Source of the DNA: Saccostrea cucullata
Taxonomy: Eukaryota
Direction: 5' to 3'
NCBI RefSeq assembly: GCF_032062105.1
Contig: NW_026928947.1
Span: 1 to 64,000, forward strand
Length of the DNA: 64,000 nt
Part shown: piece by piece, positions 26,267 through 38,800 of the stretch
Position numbering within the stretch: the stretch's first letter is position 1
How the letters are laid out: each line of letters starts with the position of its first letter
The notes under the pieces: generated by a model
Told to the model about the DNA's origin: nothing
Seen by the model: the letters and a program-made list of their open reading frames with translations, nothing else
Database searches by the model: none
Translations under genes and position numbers: made by a program

Positions 26267-29200
26267 TCAGGCCAGGGCCATGGATTCCTGTCTAATTGGT
26301 GGGATAACAGGAAGTGACCCCATCTGTCTTTGTTGTTGTTGTTGCTGCTGTTTCTTTATGGCATCCCAGGCAATTTTACGAGCAGTCTTTCCATCCATTT
26401 GGGTCTCTAGAAATTCTGAGATTTTCTGTAATGCCGTATTCATCTCCTCCTGTAGTTCTATGACCTTGTCCGTGTTCTGCATTGACTCACTCTCCAATTT
26501 CCCAAGCTCTGATTGGTTGTACAGGCCTCGGTATTTGAAGTACTCCATCATGGCAGCATGCATTCTCTTCTGTAAGGATTGTAACTGCAAGAAAAAAGTA
26601 ACACATGGTGATAAGGTAATATTTTTTAAACATTGTTACCTTTAAAATGTGATTTTAAACCCATTCAGTATTCAGCAACATTTTAGAAGTGTTTAGATCA
26701 TATACCTGTCTGCAGTCCTTGATGGCAGCCTCTAGTTTGACTCTGTCATCAAAGTTATTGAGGAGTTTATCCTTCAGAGTGAGGTACTCGTTCTGAGCTT
26801 GTCTGTACTTGGAGGCTAATTCTTTATTGACAGCCAACTTATGTGCCATTTCAAGCTGTCAATAAATAAAATATATTTGAATTAAATAACAGACCAGCTA
26901 AATAAAAAAATAAATTCATTTAAAGCATACTCAAAGCATAATCTGTAACATCAATGTCTGACATTTTTTGACTGAATGGTGATTTAAATCAAAACTACCT
27001 CTGTTTTCTTTAGGAATTTTGCCCTCTCATCCTTGAATTTTCTGTGATTCTGTTCATTGATTTTGTATCTATCTGTAATGATACATGCAAGACCACATAT
27101 AGATAAAGGGTATTCGGTATATTTTGGCTGAACTGTTCAAATCATAATTGATTCAATGTATAAGTGATTATGACAGAAGTATGTACCTAGAGACTGATTA
27201 TAAGTGTTCCTCAGTCCCTCCTCTATCTTCTTAGCAGACTCCAACTGAAGAGTCAACTCCTCCAATACTTCTCTGTAATCAACAAAAAGAGTTACTCAAT
27301 TCCTCAGTATTCTTTAAGTGTGATAAAAAGTAATTAGATGGCTGCATATGAATGTGTCAACTATGAATCTGTCTTTTTTCCTGTGTAAAAGAAGAATTGG
27401 AAAATCCATCCCTCTTTTTTTTTTTAAAGAACATCTGAACCCTTTCAACATTTTAATTTGAAAGATTTTGAGTCTATTGTGACAAAATGTGAGGAAACTT
27501 TCTTTATATGTTGATTTATTGGCCAATGTGCTTGAAAATAAAGATTAAAAAAAAATGATCTTATCCCTATCTACCTTTGAAGACTTTTGGACAAAAAGTA
27601 TATAATTGCTTTGAGCAATGCTCTGTGCAAAGTTTGACCAATAGTTAAAGACATCCAAGAGATATCAAAAGTGCAAAATGTTTACAATGCAGATATCTAG
27701 AAATAGGCAAAAAAAAGATGATTTATACTGACGTTAATTCATCGATGGCCTTCTGGGTATTACTGGTCAGCCTCTCCATGGTTCCTGCCTCGCGGTCCCA
27801 GTCATCCATCTGTCTCTCCATCTGTTCCGTCTTCCACTCCATGTGATCCAGACGCTTGTCTAGGGCTAGCACATTTTCCTGTTGACAAAGATAAAACATT
27901 TACAATTTACAAATACTCTCAAAGAACTTGAATAGAAAGAAAGGATTAAGGTCAAAAGTGAAAAATTTGATAATCTGACAGTTAAAAGAAATAAAACGAT
28001 TCGCTGAAATAAAATCCTCATCAAAGAAATATAAGATGTTTAAAAATGGTTGACAAACCTTGAGTTGCTTGTGATGAGGTTCAATGTTTCCCAGCTTCTC
28101 TTTAAATCTCTGTTTAGATTCTTCTTCCTGTTTCTCTGTCTCCTTTAGTTGATCTTGTAGGGTGGACTTTTTCTGTTTACAAAGGGAACAAAATGTTATA
28201 AATATCTGAATTTGGTGATAACCACAGTTATGATAAGGCTGTCTGAAGGCTTAAAATGCCTTAAAATATACATTCTATCTTGTGGTAGATTTTAATTTCA
28301 ATATGTAATCCTTGTTTGAATTACAATCAATTTGACATCATAGTTTAATCAGGTATCAAAATAAAGCATTTTCGTGATGTCACATGGCTGTGTTGATCAC
28401 GTGACGGATATTTATGATATTTCTAAATGTTGCACAAAAATCACTTCGGCACAAGTGCAAAACAAGAATATTGTGCAAAGTTTGTTACATAGATAAATTC
28501 AGCGCGATCTCTGGTACATAGAAAGTGCTGGGGGCAGGTTTAATTATTACTCATTAAGAAAATATTTTATGAGAAATTCAAATTACCACTATAAGAGGGG
28601 GTATTTTCCACTCTTTATCGCGATTTATACAAAAATGGATGAACTACACACAATCCCCCAGCAAAATTCAGTTAGAGGACATACTTCTCTTGTAGATTCA
28701 CACAGAATATCTTCAATCTATGCATGTTTATCACTTGTGCCAGTCCAATATAAACAAGTTTGTTAAATTCTAACTCTGTCTACGGACGTGTAAGGGGAGC
28801 GTTTCACGCATAATTTTTCTCTTTTGTTTGAATATGTGCATATCGGACAAGCAAAAGGAATAGGAATATTTAAATTTCAAATATTCAACTTCATAACTGA
28901 ACATTGGAGCTTAAAAACAATCCTAACAATTGAAATAATCAAAAAGGCCCCAAAATAAATCTACATGCGATGTACAAATTATGACACTTTCCCCGTCATG
29001 TTAGCTCAAGTATGCAGTGACTTGACGTCATGTTCTATTATGACGTCATATCAAGGTAGTTCAGAGAAGTTACTACAGTCTGCATTGTTTGATATTTTAC
29101 GGACAGCCTTATTCTAGCTGCGACATAGATAAAATATCAAAATTTTATGCCTTTCATAATACAATTGAAAAAGGTCATATGACATCAATAAGGCTAGGGG

Positions 29201-32200
29201 ATAGAAAACACAACTGTTGGATACAAATCATTCCCAACACAATAAATCAAGGAAGATCCTACATTTATGGTGAGGAATCTAACAAACAATTTACCTTTAG
29301 TCTATCTCGTTTAGCAGATCTCAATTTTTCTACTTTTGTCTTGACCTCATTCACCACATTGACAACATCATCAGCAACTTTCTTGGCCTGAAAAATATAC
29401 AACATTTATATGCATAAAATAATGACCATCACAGTATACTTATTTACTCCAAGTCAGTCATTTAAAAAAAAAAAAAAAATTGAAAGCTTTACTACCTCTG
29501 ATGACTAAAAGTTTATAATATTGAACCTACACTATTTATTGTATTTACAAGATGAAATAAAGATGACATTCGTGTAACCTAATGATGCTGTAAAAGTTTC
29601 ATTGTATAAAGAAACATTTAATCTTTAATCATACTGTACCTTCTGATTTTTGACCTGTGTGTCAGTTTTGTATTTGGATAAATCAGTTGTGTCGTTAGAG
29701 ATCCTGGCCACCAGGACAGTTCTGGTGTGAACCTCATCCTTGACCTGCCTTCTCAGTGTGTCTGCTGTACCCTGTTAAAACAAACCAAACTTTTTAAAAA
29801 AAATTTCCAGTAAATCTTGGATCCTTATCTGTACTTTTCCCCCTTGTTTCTTTACAACTAACGATCTTCAATATAAAAGTGTGGCAATAATTTAAATGAA
29901 GCTATGTAAGAATGTAGAAATTTAATGAGAAATTTTCTCCTCAATTTAAACAGAAGCAGATACATGTACATGTATTGATCAGTCTTGTGGTAGCACTCTC
30001 TCCCCCTACCTTCAAACTCTCTTCCATCTTGAATGCCTTTTCCTCCTCGGTCTGTAGCTGCTCTCGGATGGACTGGTTGATGGCCAGGACTTTGTTATAT
30101 TCCTCCATTGTGACAGCCATCTGCTGACCTAGCTTCATCATCTCCTTCTTAATACGAGTGATGTTCTTCTCATCAGCCACCTTCTGTCTTTGACTGAAAT
30201 CAGCAAGGGAAGTTTTATACTTAAACCATATGCAATTTTTTTTTAATGCTTCTCACTATATTTTTTTTAATTCAATTTTTCAACAACAAAAAAATGTTAG
30301 TGAATAGAAACCATTTTATTCTGTATAAATATTCCTTACCAATCAGAAATTTTGTCGTAAAAATCTTGAACTTCCATTTCAGCTTCTTGATTTTTCAACA
30401 ATATTGTCCTCAGCTTGCCATCCTTGGCTTTCACTTTGTTTTCCAGATCTCGGATTCTGCTATCATTCTTCTGTTTCTGTTTATAATCATATGGTTTGAA
30501 TTAAACAAATGCACCAATATTTAAACCCATTGCTAATCAGAAATGATGCCTATAATAGTTTCCTTTTCTAAGACCCCAAAAGCACAATGCTTCAACAAAA
30601 GTTAAAGGCATTTCATACCTTTGCCACAAGCTCCTGTTGTAGCTGAATGTTTTCATTTTCCAGCCTGTTATGTTCAAATTCAGCTTCAGCAATTTTGGTC
30701 TGGATTTCTCTCACCTACAGCAAAATGACACCATAAAAAAGAGTGAGCAAACCTTTTCTTACACTTAAGACACGAGTGAGAACAACGGTTCTCTCCTAAC
30801 AACCAATACATGGGATAAGTTAATCAAGAATCATGTTTACTTTTGCGGCTTGCATTTCCTCGGCTACTTTGGCGTTCTCGTTCTTGACGTCCAGAACTTT
30901 AAGTTCCTCGTCATTATCCTTTAGCTGCTGCTGCATGTCGTTCACCTGGTGGATGTAGGCATTAAAGGTCATTTTAGCCTGGGAGTACTCCTCACTGAAA
31001 TTAAAAAAATGACATTTTCAGTTACAGGTACAATATTATATACTTTTTCATAATTGAGAATAGCACTAAAATAAATTTTAAAAAATTTCTGAAGACAAAT
31101 TAATCACAATTTCATTCAGTATTACAAGTGGTTTATAATTTTTTCATCCCACCAGACCTATAGTCTTGGCTTTTACCATACCTGATGGCAGACAGTGCAT
31201 CCCTAACAGTGTCCAGTTCCTTCTTGATATGACCCCTCTCAGACTGGGCTTTCTTCTCTGCTTCTTGTGATTTGGACTTGGTCTTCTCCTGTCTCTCCTT
31301 GGTATTATCTAACTCTGTTGTTGTCTAAATTATAAAATGATACTGACTTAACTTAAGTTTTACTCAGAAAAGAAAATATTTTTTAGTATTAAAGAAGTCT
31401 GAACTAATAAATCTGTGAATTCATATATATGTATACCACACCTCCAAGAATGTACTGCAGTACTGTACTTACTGAGGATTGTGCATTTTTTATTTTCTCC
31501 ATGGCAAGCTTTTCCAATTCTAACTTTTCTTCTACTAAAGGTCTAGAAGGAAAGATGCATTAAGATTTTACTCAGTTTTTATATCTTAAATGTATGGTAT
31601 ATTGTACTAGAATATTCAAAACTAGCCATTTCACTGTTATAATCATAGCATTTACTTACATATGCTTTTTCACAAAAGCAATGTCATCTTTTAGTCTTTT
31701 ATTAAGCAGTTCTGCAGCACTTGTTTTGTTTTTAACTCTCTGTTCATTTCTGCCTCCATAATTACAATGCCAGGTGAGTTCATTCAAATCCATAATACAA
31801 GCTTCATGCTCTGAAAAAAAGTAATAATGCATGTAATTGGAATTTATTCTCATCAGAATCTCAAACTGTTTTATGTTGGATGAAAACATGTACAACAAAA
31901 AGACTTGTTATCATATAACATATATATGTATATAACTGTCAGTTTTTGATTAATGTTACTTATAAGCGCAGTACTTTAAAGAAAATGAATCCTGTGGAAG
32001 TTAATTCTAATTACCTCTTTGAACAATAGCGGGAAGTTCTGTCATCCTACGCAGACAGAGATTGTCGATTTTATTACTGAGCCGCTCTACTCTCTCCTCC
32101 TCGTTCCTAAGGAATTTTTCCGTTTCTATTTTGTCATTTTCTAGTCGAGCTAGCAGCGTTATCACTTCCTCAATCACATCTTCAGCACCAAGATAGGGAA

Positions 32201-33977
32201 TCTCCAATCCTCCTTCTGGTTTTTCTTCTGTGTCTAATAAAAGTATGGCAATAAACTAAAACAGTACACTCTGAAAAAATCCTGACTTTTAGCACTTGAA
32301 TGTACTTAAACTAATAAAGGGTGTATCACTATGTGCTGTTAAATGTGTACTATTCAGAGTTGAACCATTTTAAAAATATTCTCTATTATACAAATATTTC
32401 TACCTGTAATGTAACAATTAGATAATGCAGACGAAGATACATGCTTTCTCTATATTTGAAAGCAATGCCTCATAAATAAGACAACACAGCCTTAAAGTTT
32501 TTTACTGACTGTACTTTCCTTACCCTTGACAGCTCCCACTCCATGAATGGACAGAGGAGTAGAGGGAAGACTCGATCGATCGGTGGATCCAGACTTACGA
32601 GATAATGCACTCGTACCACGCTTGTCTCCACTTCCCTTCCTCACATCATCCTCTGACGACTTGGAAAACCTTAGCTGTTTTTTGCTGCCCACTGAAATAC
32701 AAAAATACCTTTAATTTGGAATTTTCTTTAAACAGTGAAAGCTGTCTAATCCAATATACACTTGGGTGAAAAGTTGTTTTAGAAAAAACAGGATTTTTGA
32801 TTGTACAGAAGAATTTAAAGTGGGGATGAAAATATAGGTTAAAATTTACAATGAAACAGATTGCACAGATGCCAGCTTTGAAAAGTTTTACTTTAATTTT
32901 TATGTAAAATCATTTTGTATAGACTATGCAATTCTGGATTTAGTCTGCAATGTAAGAGCTACAATATTGTAAACAAATGTATTTTGTTAAACTTTGAAAT
33001 AAACATATTCAGTGAAACATTTTCTGCAATAAATAATGCATTCCTGTTTTCTTCTTCATTTTAATGTCTAAAAAGATAAAAATAGTTTTAAACAAGCAAA
33101 TAAATTTTCAAAATTAAGACAAAACCAAAATATATTGAATATGCTACAAAATATACCTGGTCTCATTGGTAGAACTTGCTCTTTACATTCTTCCTCTCGC
33201 TCTTTGAACCATTCCTCAATGATTCCCTGAATCAATTCCAAGTGAGAGACTGCCTTGTTCACGCATGGTGTTGTGTTGTTTGTTAATTCACAACTTTTCC
33301 TCCTGAAAATCTGTGGTATCTTGGGCCAGTCTTGTGGCAATGGGTAGACTTTATCTGAATACAAAATTGTCAGTTCTTCAAACTGAGCATTTAAAAATTA
33401 TCTGATGTCTACTGTCCTAGGAACTCACTGACACATTTAATGACTAGAATTGGGGTGCCAGATAATTTACATCACAAATAAAAATTCATGAATGCATAAC
33501 TTATTCAGTAAAGCTAAATGATAAGTGTATTACATGCATTTTATAAATTCTAAAGACTTTTTGATTTCTGTAAAACACATACCTTGGATTTCTTCTGCTT
33601 CATTATCTGGTTCATCCAGCTCAGTTGTATTTAGGTATTCTGCATCTACAAGGTTAAAGGTGTTTTAAATGTTAATTTTTTTTCTGGAAAAAAAAATACC
33701 GGTAATTTTCCGCATTTTAAAGTTTTTTAGTTAAACATACTAATTAATACGGAAGTCAATGAAGATGAATGTTGCTTCAAAATAACTGTATCTGGAATGT
33801 AAAATCCCAGTTTGCTATAAGAATTAATTCATTATAAGCTAACTTGTTGGCTTATGATCAGTGTATCTGTAATATTTTCTTACTTTGAGAGAGATGCTCT
33901 TCTGAACCTCCTTTAGGGAAATCTTCAGTATTGGACCTCTCAATATCCTCAACACGTACAACTTTTACAGTTGACAT
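26267..33977 (-). CDS. CCDC178: Coiled-coil domain-containing protein 178-like, roughly 20 coding exons (not all boundaries resolved)
   Basis: Exon translations FRRKSCELTNNTTPCVNKAVSHL, EVITLLARLE.DK.ETE..L..E.ERV..L..KID, LPAIVQREHEACIMDLNELTWH resemble CCDC178 as I recall it. Many heptad-rich minus-strand exons with GT-AG borders. Probable ATG at 33977, stop at 26267. Confidence 0.82.
28224..29121. mobile_element. Probable degenerate non-autonomous DNA transposon in a CCDC178 intron
   Basis: Imperfect TIRs CAGTTATGATAAGGCTGTC / GACAGCCTTATTCTAGCTG, with a CpG-richer interior than the flanking intron. Confidence 0.5.
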
Positions 33978-34168
33978 ATTTGACAGGAATAATCCAAGTT
34001 ATTGCTTACCACCTGTAATAATTTCAGAGAAAAAAGTTATTAGTGCAATCACCACATACTGTATGTGTACATAAATTGATGTATTTAAAATCTAGCACAA
34101 ATTTAACACAAATACTTGGTGTAGGGACGTTTGCATAATCATGAATTAGCGCTACTCCTTTCTGTGTT

Positions 34169-34494
34169 CATCCTCACATGCCAGGGGTCCTGAGTCAACG
34201 TTGCTGTATTTCATTCAATATCCATGGGCTTGCTTCTCTTACTGAGAAGCATTAATCAAATTAAAGCTTTCAAAAATAGTCAGATAAGGATTCAGCTGGC
34301 ACCTAAAATGCACATGTTACAAGTTGTTTATCATAGAATGGCTTAATGTAATTGCTTGAGAGATAAGAAAAACAATCAAGTTTTGCAAATTTTCCGAAAG
34401 ATGTTTCTAAAATCAGCCCACAAATATTGAATGAAATATGCCAGGGGTAATTAACGGCAACATGTTGACTTAGGACCCCTGGCTTGCAAGGATG
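34169..34494. mobile_element. MITE with ~35-bp imperfect TIRs and a probable 8-9-bp target duplication
   Basis: CATCCT..CCAGGGGTCCTGAGTCAAC / GTTGACTTAGGACCCCTGG..AGGATG. Flanks are TTCTGTGTT and TTCTGTGTG. Confidence 0.72.
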
Positions 34495-34508
34495 TTCTGT
34501 GTGGTGTA

Positions 34509-34945
34509 TTTATAGCGAGCGCAGCGAGCTCAATAGACTAACGTGTAAGAACAGAGGAAATTTGGATTGAAATCTGTACATACGTCAGGCAAATTTTTCT
34601 CCGAAACATTCCCAGAATTCCTTTACTACCCAATGTCCTTTGCGCGAACAAATAAATAATAACGTAAAGCATAAAAGGCTTTCATTTTGTAGAAATCTCT
34701 CGAAGAAACAAAAAATAAATCTGCAATGTTTTTCAACCAAAATTGCACAAGGTCTTTAGTTTCAAATTTCAATCAGATGCTCGGCTGTCTCCGTAAGCTC
34801 CGACGAGCTCCGTGACGTCGTTTGACGTCACAGCTAGTCGAGATGTCTCGTGCGGTTTGATGTTTGAAGTGGTTGATCAATTTTTCAAGTGTTTTTGATG
34901 GTACAACTATGCTCACCCCAACGGTCACGCCGTAAAACATATTAA
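34509..34945. mobile_element. Interspersed repeat, copy 1 (Helentron-like start TTTATAGCGAGCGCAGCGAGC)
   Basis: Both ends are near-identical to 36473-36897 (AATAGACT..CGTGTAAGAACAG..GAAATCTGTACATACGTCAGGCAAATTT and CCCCAA.GGTCAC.CCGTAAAACATATTA). Confidence 0.7.
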
Positions 34946-35745
34946 AGAATCCCGAGCGGTTTTCATGAATTAGCTCATCGCTATCCACACCAAAGCTGCT
35001 AAAATATGAAGCCCACTATAATAAGTACACATACAGTAATTACATGTAACTATTGTCCACAAAATAAGATTCTTGCAGCCACTATTTGTTTTTGGTGTGG
35101 ACATCATGTAATCTAATCTTAAAAGTAACAAGTGTAACATAACATAAATAAATGATGTTTTATGATATGTAGCTTATTTCTTTGCCAATAAGAAATGACA
35201 CTCCAGGTCTGACAACAAAAAGCTACAGCATCATGAGTATGACGCCATCATATCATAAAATATGCTATTAAAAGGGTTTTTATTTTTAAAATATTTTATC
35301 CATGCACAACTGTACTTGGGTAAATACAAAAGATATATATGGACTGTCATTTTGAATTAAAATACATTTCTTTTACCACGTACTTTACATTATTTCCAAA
35401 CTAAAAATTCATTAATTTCATTGTTTATGCCATCTTGTCCTCCATATTTTAGTTTCCAAGCAGTTTTAGTATCGTTGAATTTCATTGGACTGCTGCTAAA
35501 AATGGAGTACAGTTGCGAGAGAGAAAATAGGTGATTATTCCAGAATGTAGATAAATGATTGAAAAAAGCTACATGGATTGGATGTCAGTTAAAATGATTT
35601 TAAAATTTTTCTTTTTTAAAAATAAAAACAAAACGATGATAAAATATTTCTGTATTTCTGTGATTTAATCATCAAAGTATTTTTCATATTTCGAACATTC
35701 CGTTTTTATCCGGTTATGACTGTCTCGTTCTGAACGATTAATTTC

Positions 35746-35755
35746 CAAAATGGCG
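35746..35755 (+). promoter_or_regulatory. YY1-like motif CAAAATGGCG near the ASXL 5' end
   Basis: Matches the AANATGGCG YY1 core, ~75 bp upstream of the ASXL ATG in a locally CpG-richer patch. Confidence 0.5.
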
Positions 35756-35826
35756 CTTGATGTTGATAAAAAAAATCTTTTGTACTGAATGTTTATAAAT
35801 TTGATAAATATGAAATCTCTTAAATA

Positions 35827-38800
35827 ATGCAGACAGATAAGCAAGTAAAGAAGAAGTCAAGAACATGGGCTGAAGCAGCTAAACTTGTAAGATGAAAATC
35901 CCCCATATATTGATTACATTAGGCGTATGCCAATTTTTTTAATGTCAGGTGGATGAATGCTATAATTGGTCAATGTAGGTGCGTGGTGGATGTGCCAGTT
36001 AGTCAAATCATAATTATGCATAATTCTCATGTTATCGAAAAATTTAGATATATGCATGATATTGATTTTGTGCATCGCTTCAGTAATTTGGTTTGCAATG
36101 ATACTTGTTTATCATTGGTAGGAAGAAATTATTGTTCCTGGACAAAAATGAAATATTTTGTATTGCATACACATTTTGCATGAAGTAATATATAAATTCA
36201 AAGGACAATGATGAAAATATGTCGTAATCAAATCATCATATCAATGGTACTACTAATGAAGATTTAATTTGTGTCACTTCTTTTGTAATTTGCCAAATTG
36301 TATCTTCTAATAAATATGTTGGATAATGCAACCATTATAGCAAGGGTGACTCTGATTTATTTTGTACATTTAAATTTGACAGTGTTTTATTTTGTTTTTC
36401 CTCAAACAAAAAAAAAATGTCAAAATTTTTGTTCAATTTCTTGTGGTCAAATGACTTAAAGCTCAAGATTAAGCGAGCTTAATAGACTGGCGTGTAAGAA
36501 CAGGGGAAATTTGGAATGAAATCTGTACATACGTCAGGCAAATTTTCCTGTGCAACATTCCAAGAATCCCTTCGCTCCCAAGGTTCAATGTGAATTTATT
36601 TTCAAACATACAAAAGACCAAGAATAATTGTTCTATACCAAGATATGTTTACTTTTCTTTATTTCCACAAAGCTTAAACTTAACAAAAAATATTTTCATC
36701 TACTCTACACCTTATTTTATTATTAAAATATTGCACCAGACTTGTAGTCTTGTTTAACCAGGTGCTTAGCTGTCTCTGTAAATTCTGACGTTATGTGACG
36801 TCACAGTCTACACTTTGTCTCGTGCGGATTGACATTCAACTGTAAGCTGTGTATAGGACTGCGCTCGCCCCAATGGTCACACCGTAAAACATATTAATAA
36901 ATTGATAATCCATACCCTATAAATAACTACTCATTAAACATTACTGTAATCATTTGAATCAGATTTTTTTTAAGTAAGTGTTTATCTTAGTTGTTGTTAG
37001 GCCATCCTTAAAAATATTTTATTTTGCGGTAACGCGCCTCATCATTTTAGGCGTGGGTAGGTAGGTAGGCTTATTTTTTTTTTTTGGAGACAAAAAGTCA
37101 GAATTAAATTTTGATTATATAGAGGTATTAACTATGTCTTAGATTTCACTTTAACTTACTTATCAAACAAGAGAATTAAGGCATTTGTCTTGAATCCAAT
37201 CTTTTATTGTTCAAATATCAGAACACATCAGTTCTTTTTTAAAAACGGCGTCTACAAGTGCACACCGTAAAAATGTAATAGGATAAAATTAAAAATGGAT
37301 ATGTAAAAAAAAAAAAAAAAATTTGAACCTATAAAAAAAATCCAGTAGGGTGGATTTTGGTGAGTCGGTCGCAAAAAAACAATTTTTTAAGGATGGCCTT
37401 ATGGTATGAAAATTTGGTGAAGGTTTGCAGGTTGTGCCACACGGCATAGCATTCCTTTATTTCATTTTTAGGCAGGCAGCAATGTGGACAGAAAGTGTGA
37501 TCTTTAGATCTGTAACCGCCCCCCCCCCCCCTTCCGCTGTCCATTGTATTGAAAATTTATTGGTTAATCCAAAGTATGTCTTTCTCAGGCAGATGAAAAC
37601 TTTGTTATAGTTCAGTTAGCAATCTCTCTCATTTTACATATACTTCACTTAAACCTGATAGTCCATTTATGATCTTGAGGGAAAAGTTTTCAATTGTTTG
37701 AAGTACAAAATTTGCCTCAATCAACATGGACACAGACATTTAAAGTATGCTGTATATGTATAATTTCAGGTCTTGGAGAAATATAAACAGACACCTATGA
37801 GCCATAAGGCAATACTAAAATCAATTCAAGAAGACAATTTAAAAGATATAAGGTAAATTTTCAAAGAGTTCTTATGAGGTTTGTATTCTCAGAGTACAAG
37901 AATTTGGATATTTTACTAAAATTACATGAAACTTGTGTATTTAACATGAAAATGCTATTTTTGCCTAGATTATCCAAATTCCAAGCTGCAACAAAGTATC
38001 TAGGTATAATAAGTAAAAGTATATGATAAAGTATACATCATCAGATTTCGAAGGAGCTATTGATATTGTGACTGTGTCCATCTATCCTGCTGTTTGATAA
38101 GAGTCTGTATTCAGATTGCTACTTGGATACTACTCCTGCGGTTTTAATTTAATTTCTGTAAGCTGATAACAGGCATGTATATACATAAAGGCTATTTCAG
38201 CGTAAATAATTTTAGCTTAATGAAAACATAGCAGTCGCACATCAGTCATACTACATGTACTTCTTCTGGGTGGAATTAGTTAAAATACAACTGTTTTCTT
38301 AGATTTCTTTTACTACTTCAAGTTGTTTGACTGACTGTCTTATCAGAAACCTCTAGTTTATTACAACTTTTAATTTCTCGTTATGCTCTTTGGGAGGGAC
38401 AACAAATTAAAATATGTGAAAAAGTGAATTACTGGTGTTAATACATAGATTCTTACATTACAGTGGTTCCGTTCCTTTAGCTTGCCTTAATTCCTGTTTA
38501 CATGCCTATTCCCGCGGTAAGGAGGCTGTATTTTACAAAGTTGAAGGAAGATCTGGTGTGTATGGATTAATGGTATGTACATGACCATGAAGATTACTTT
38601 TAAAATTAATTTCTATTGATTGCCAGAAAAATGCTTTATTTTCTACAAAATATATATAGTATTGAGAAAAGTCAGTTTTAAACTAGCATAAAAAGGACAG
38701 TCTGTAAAATTATGTTCTATATTTCTATTAACATGCATATGAAATTTTGATTTATAAAACTTTATACACTGTACATTGATTGCTTTTAAATTGAAATATA

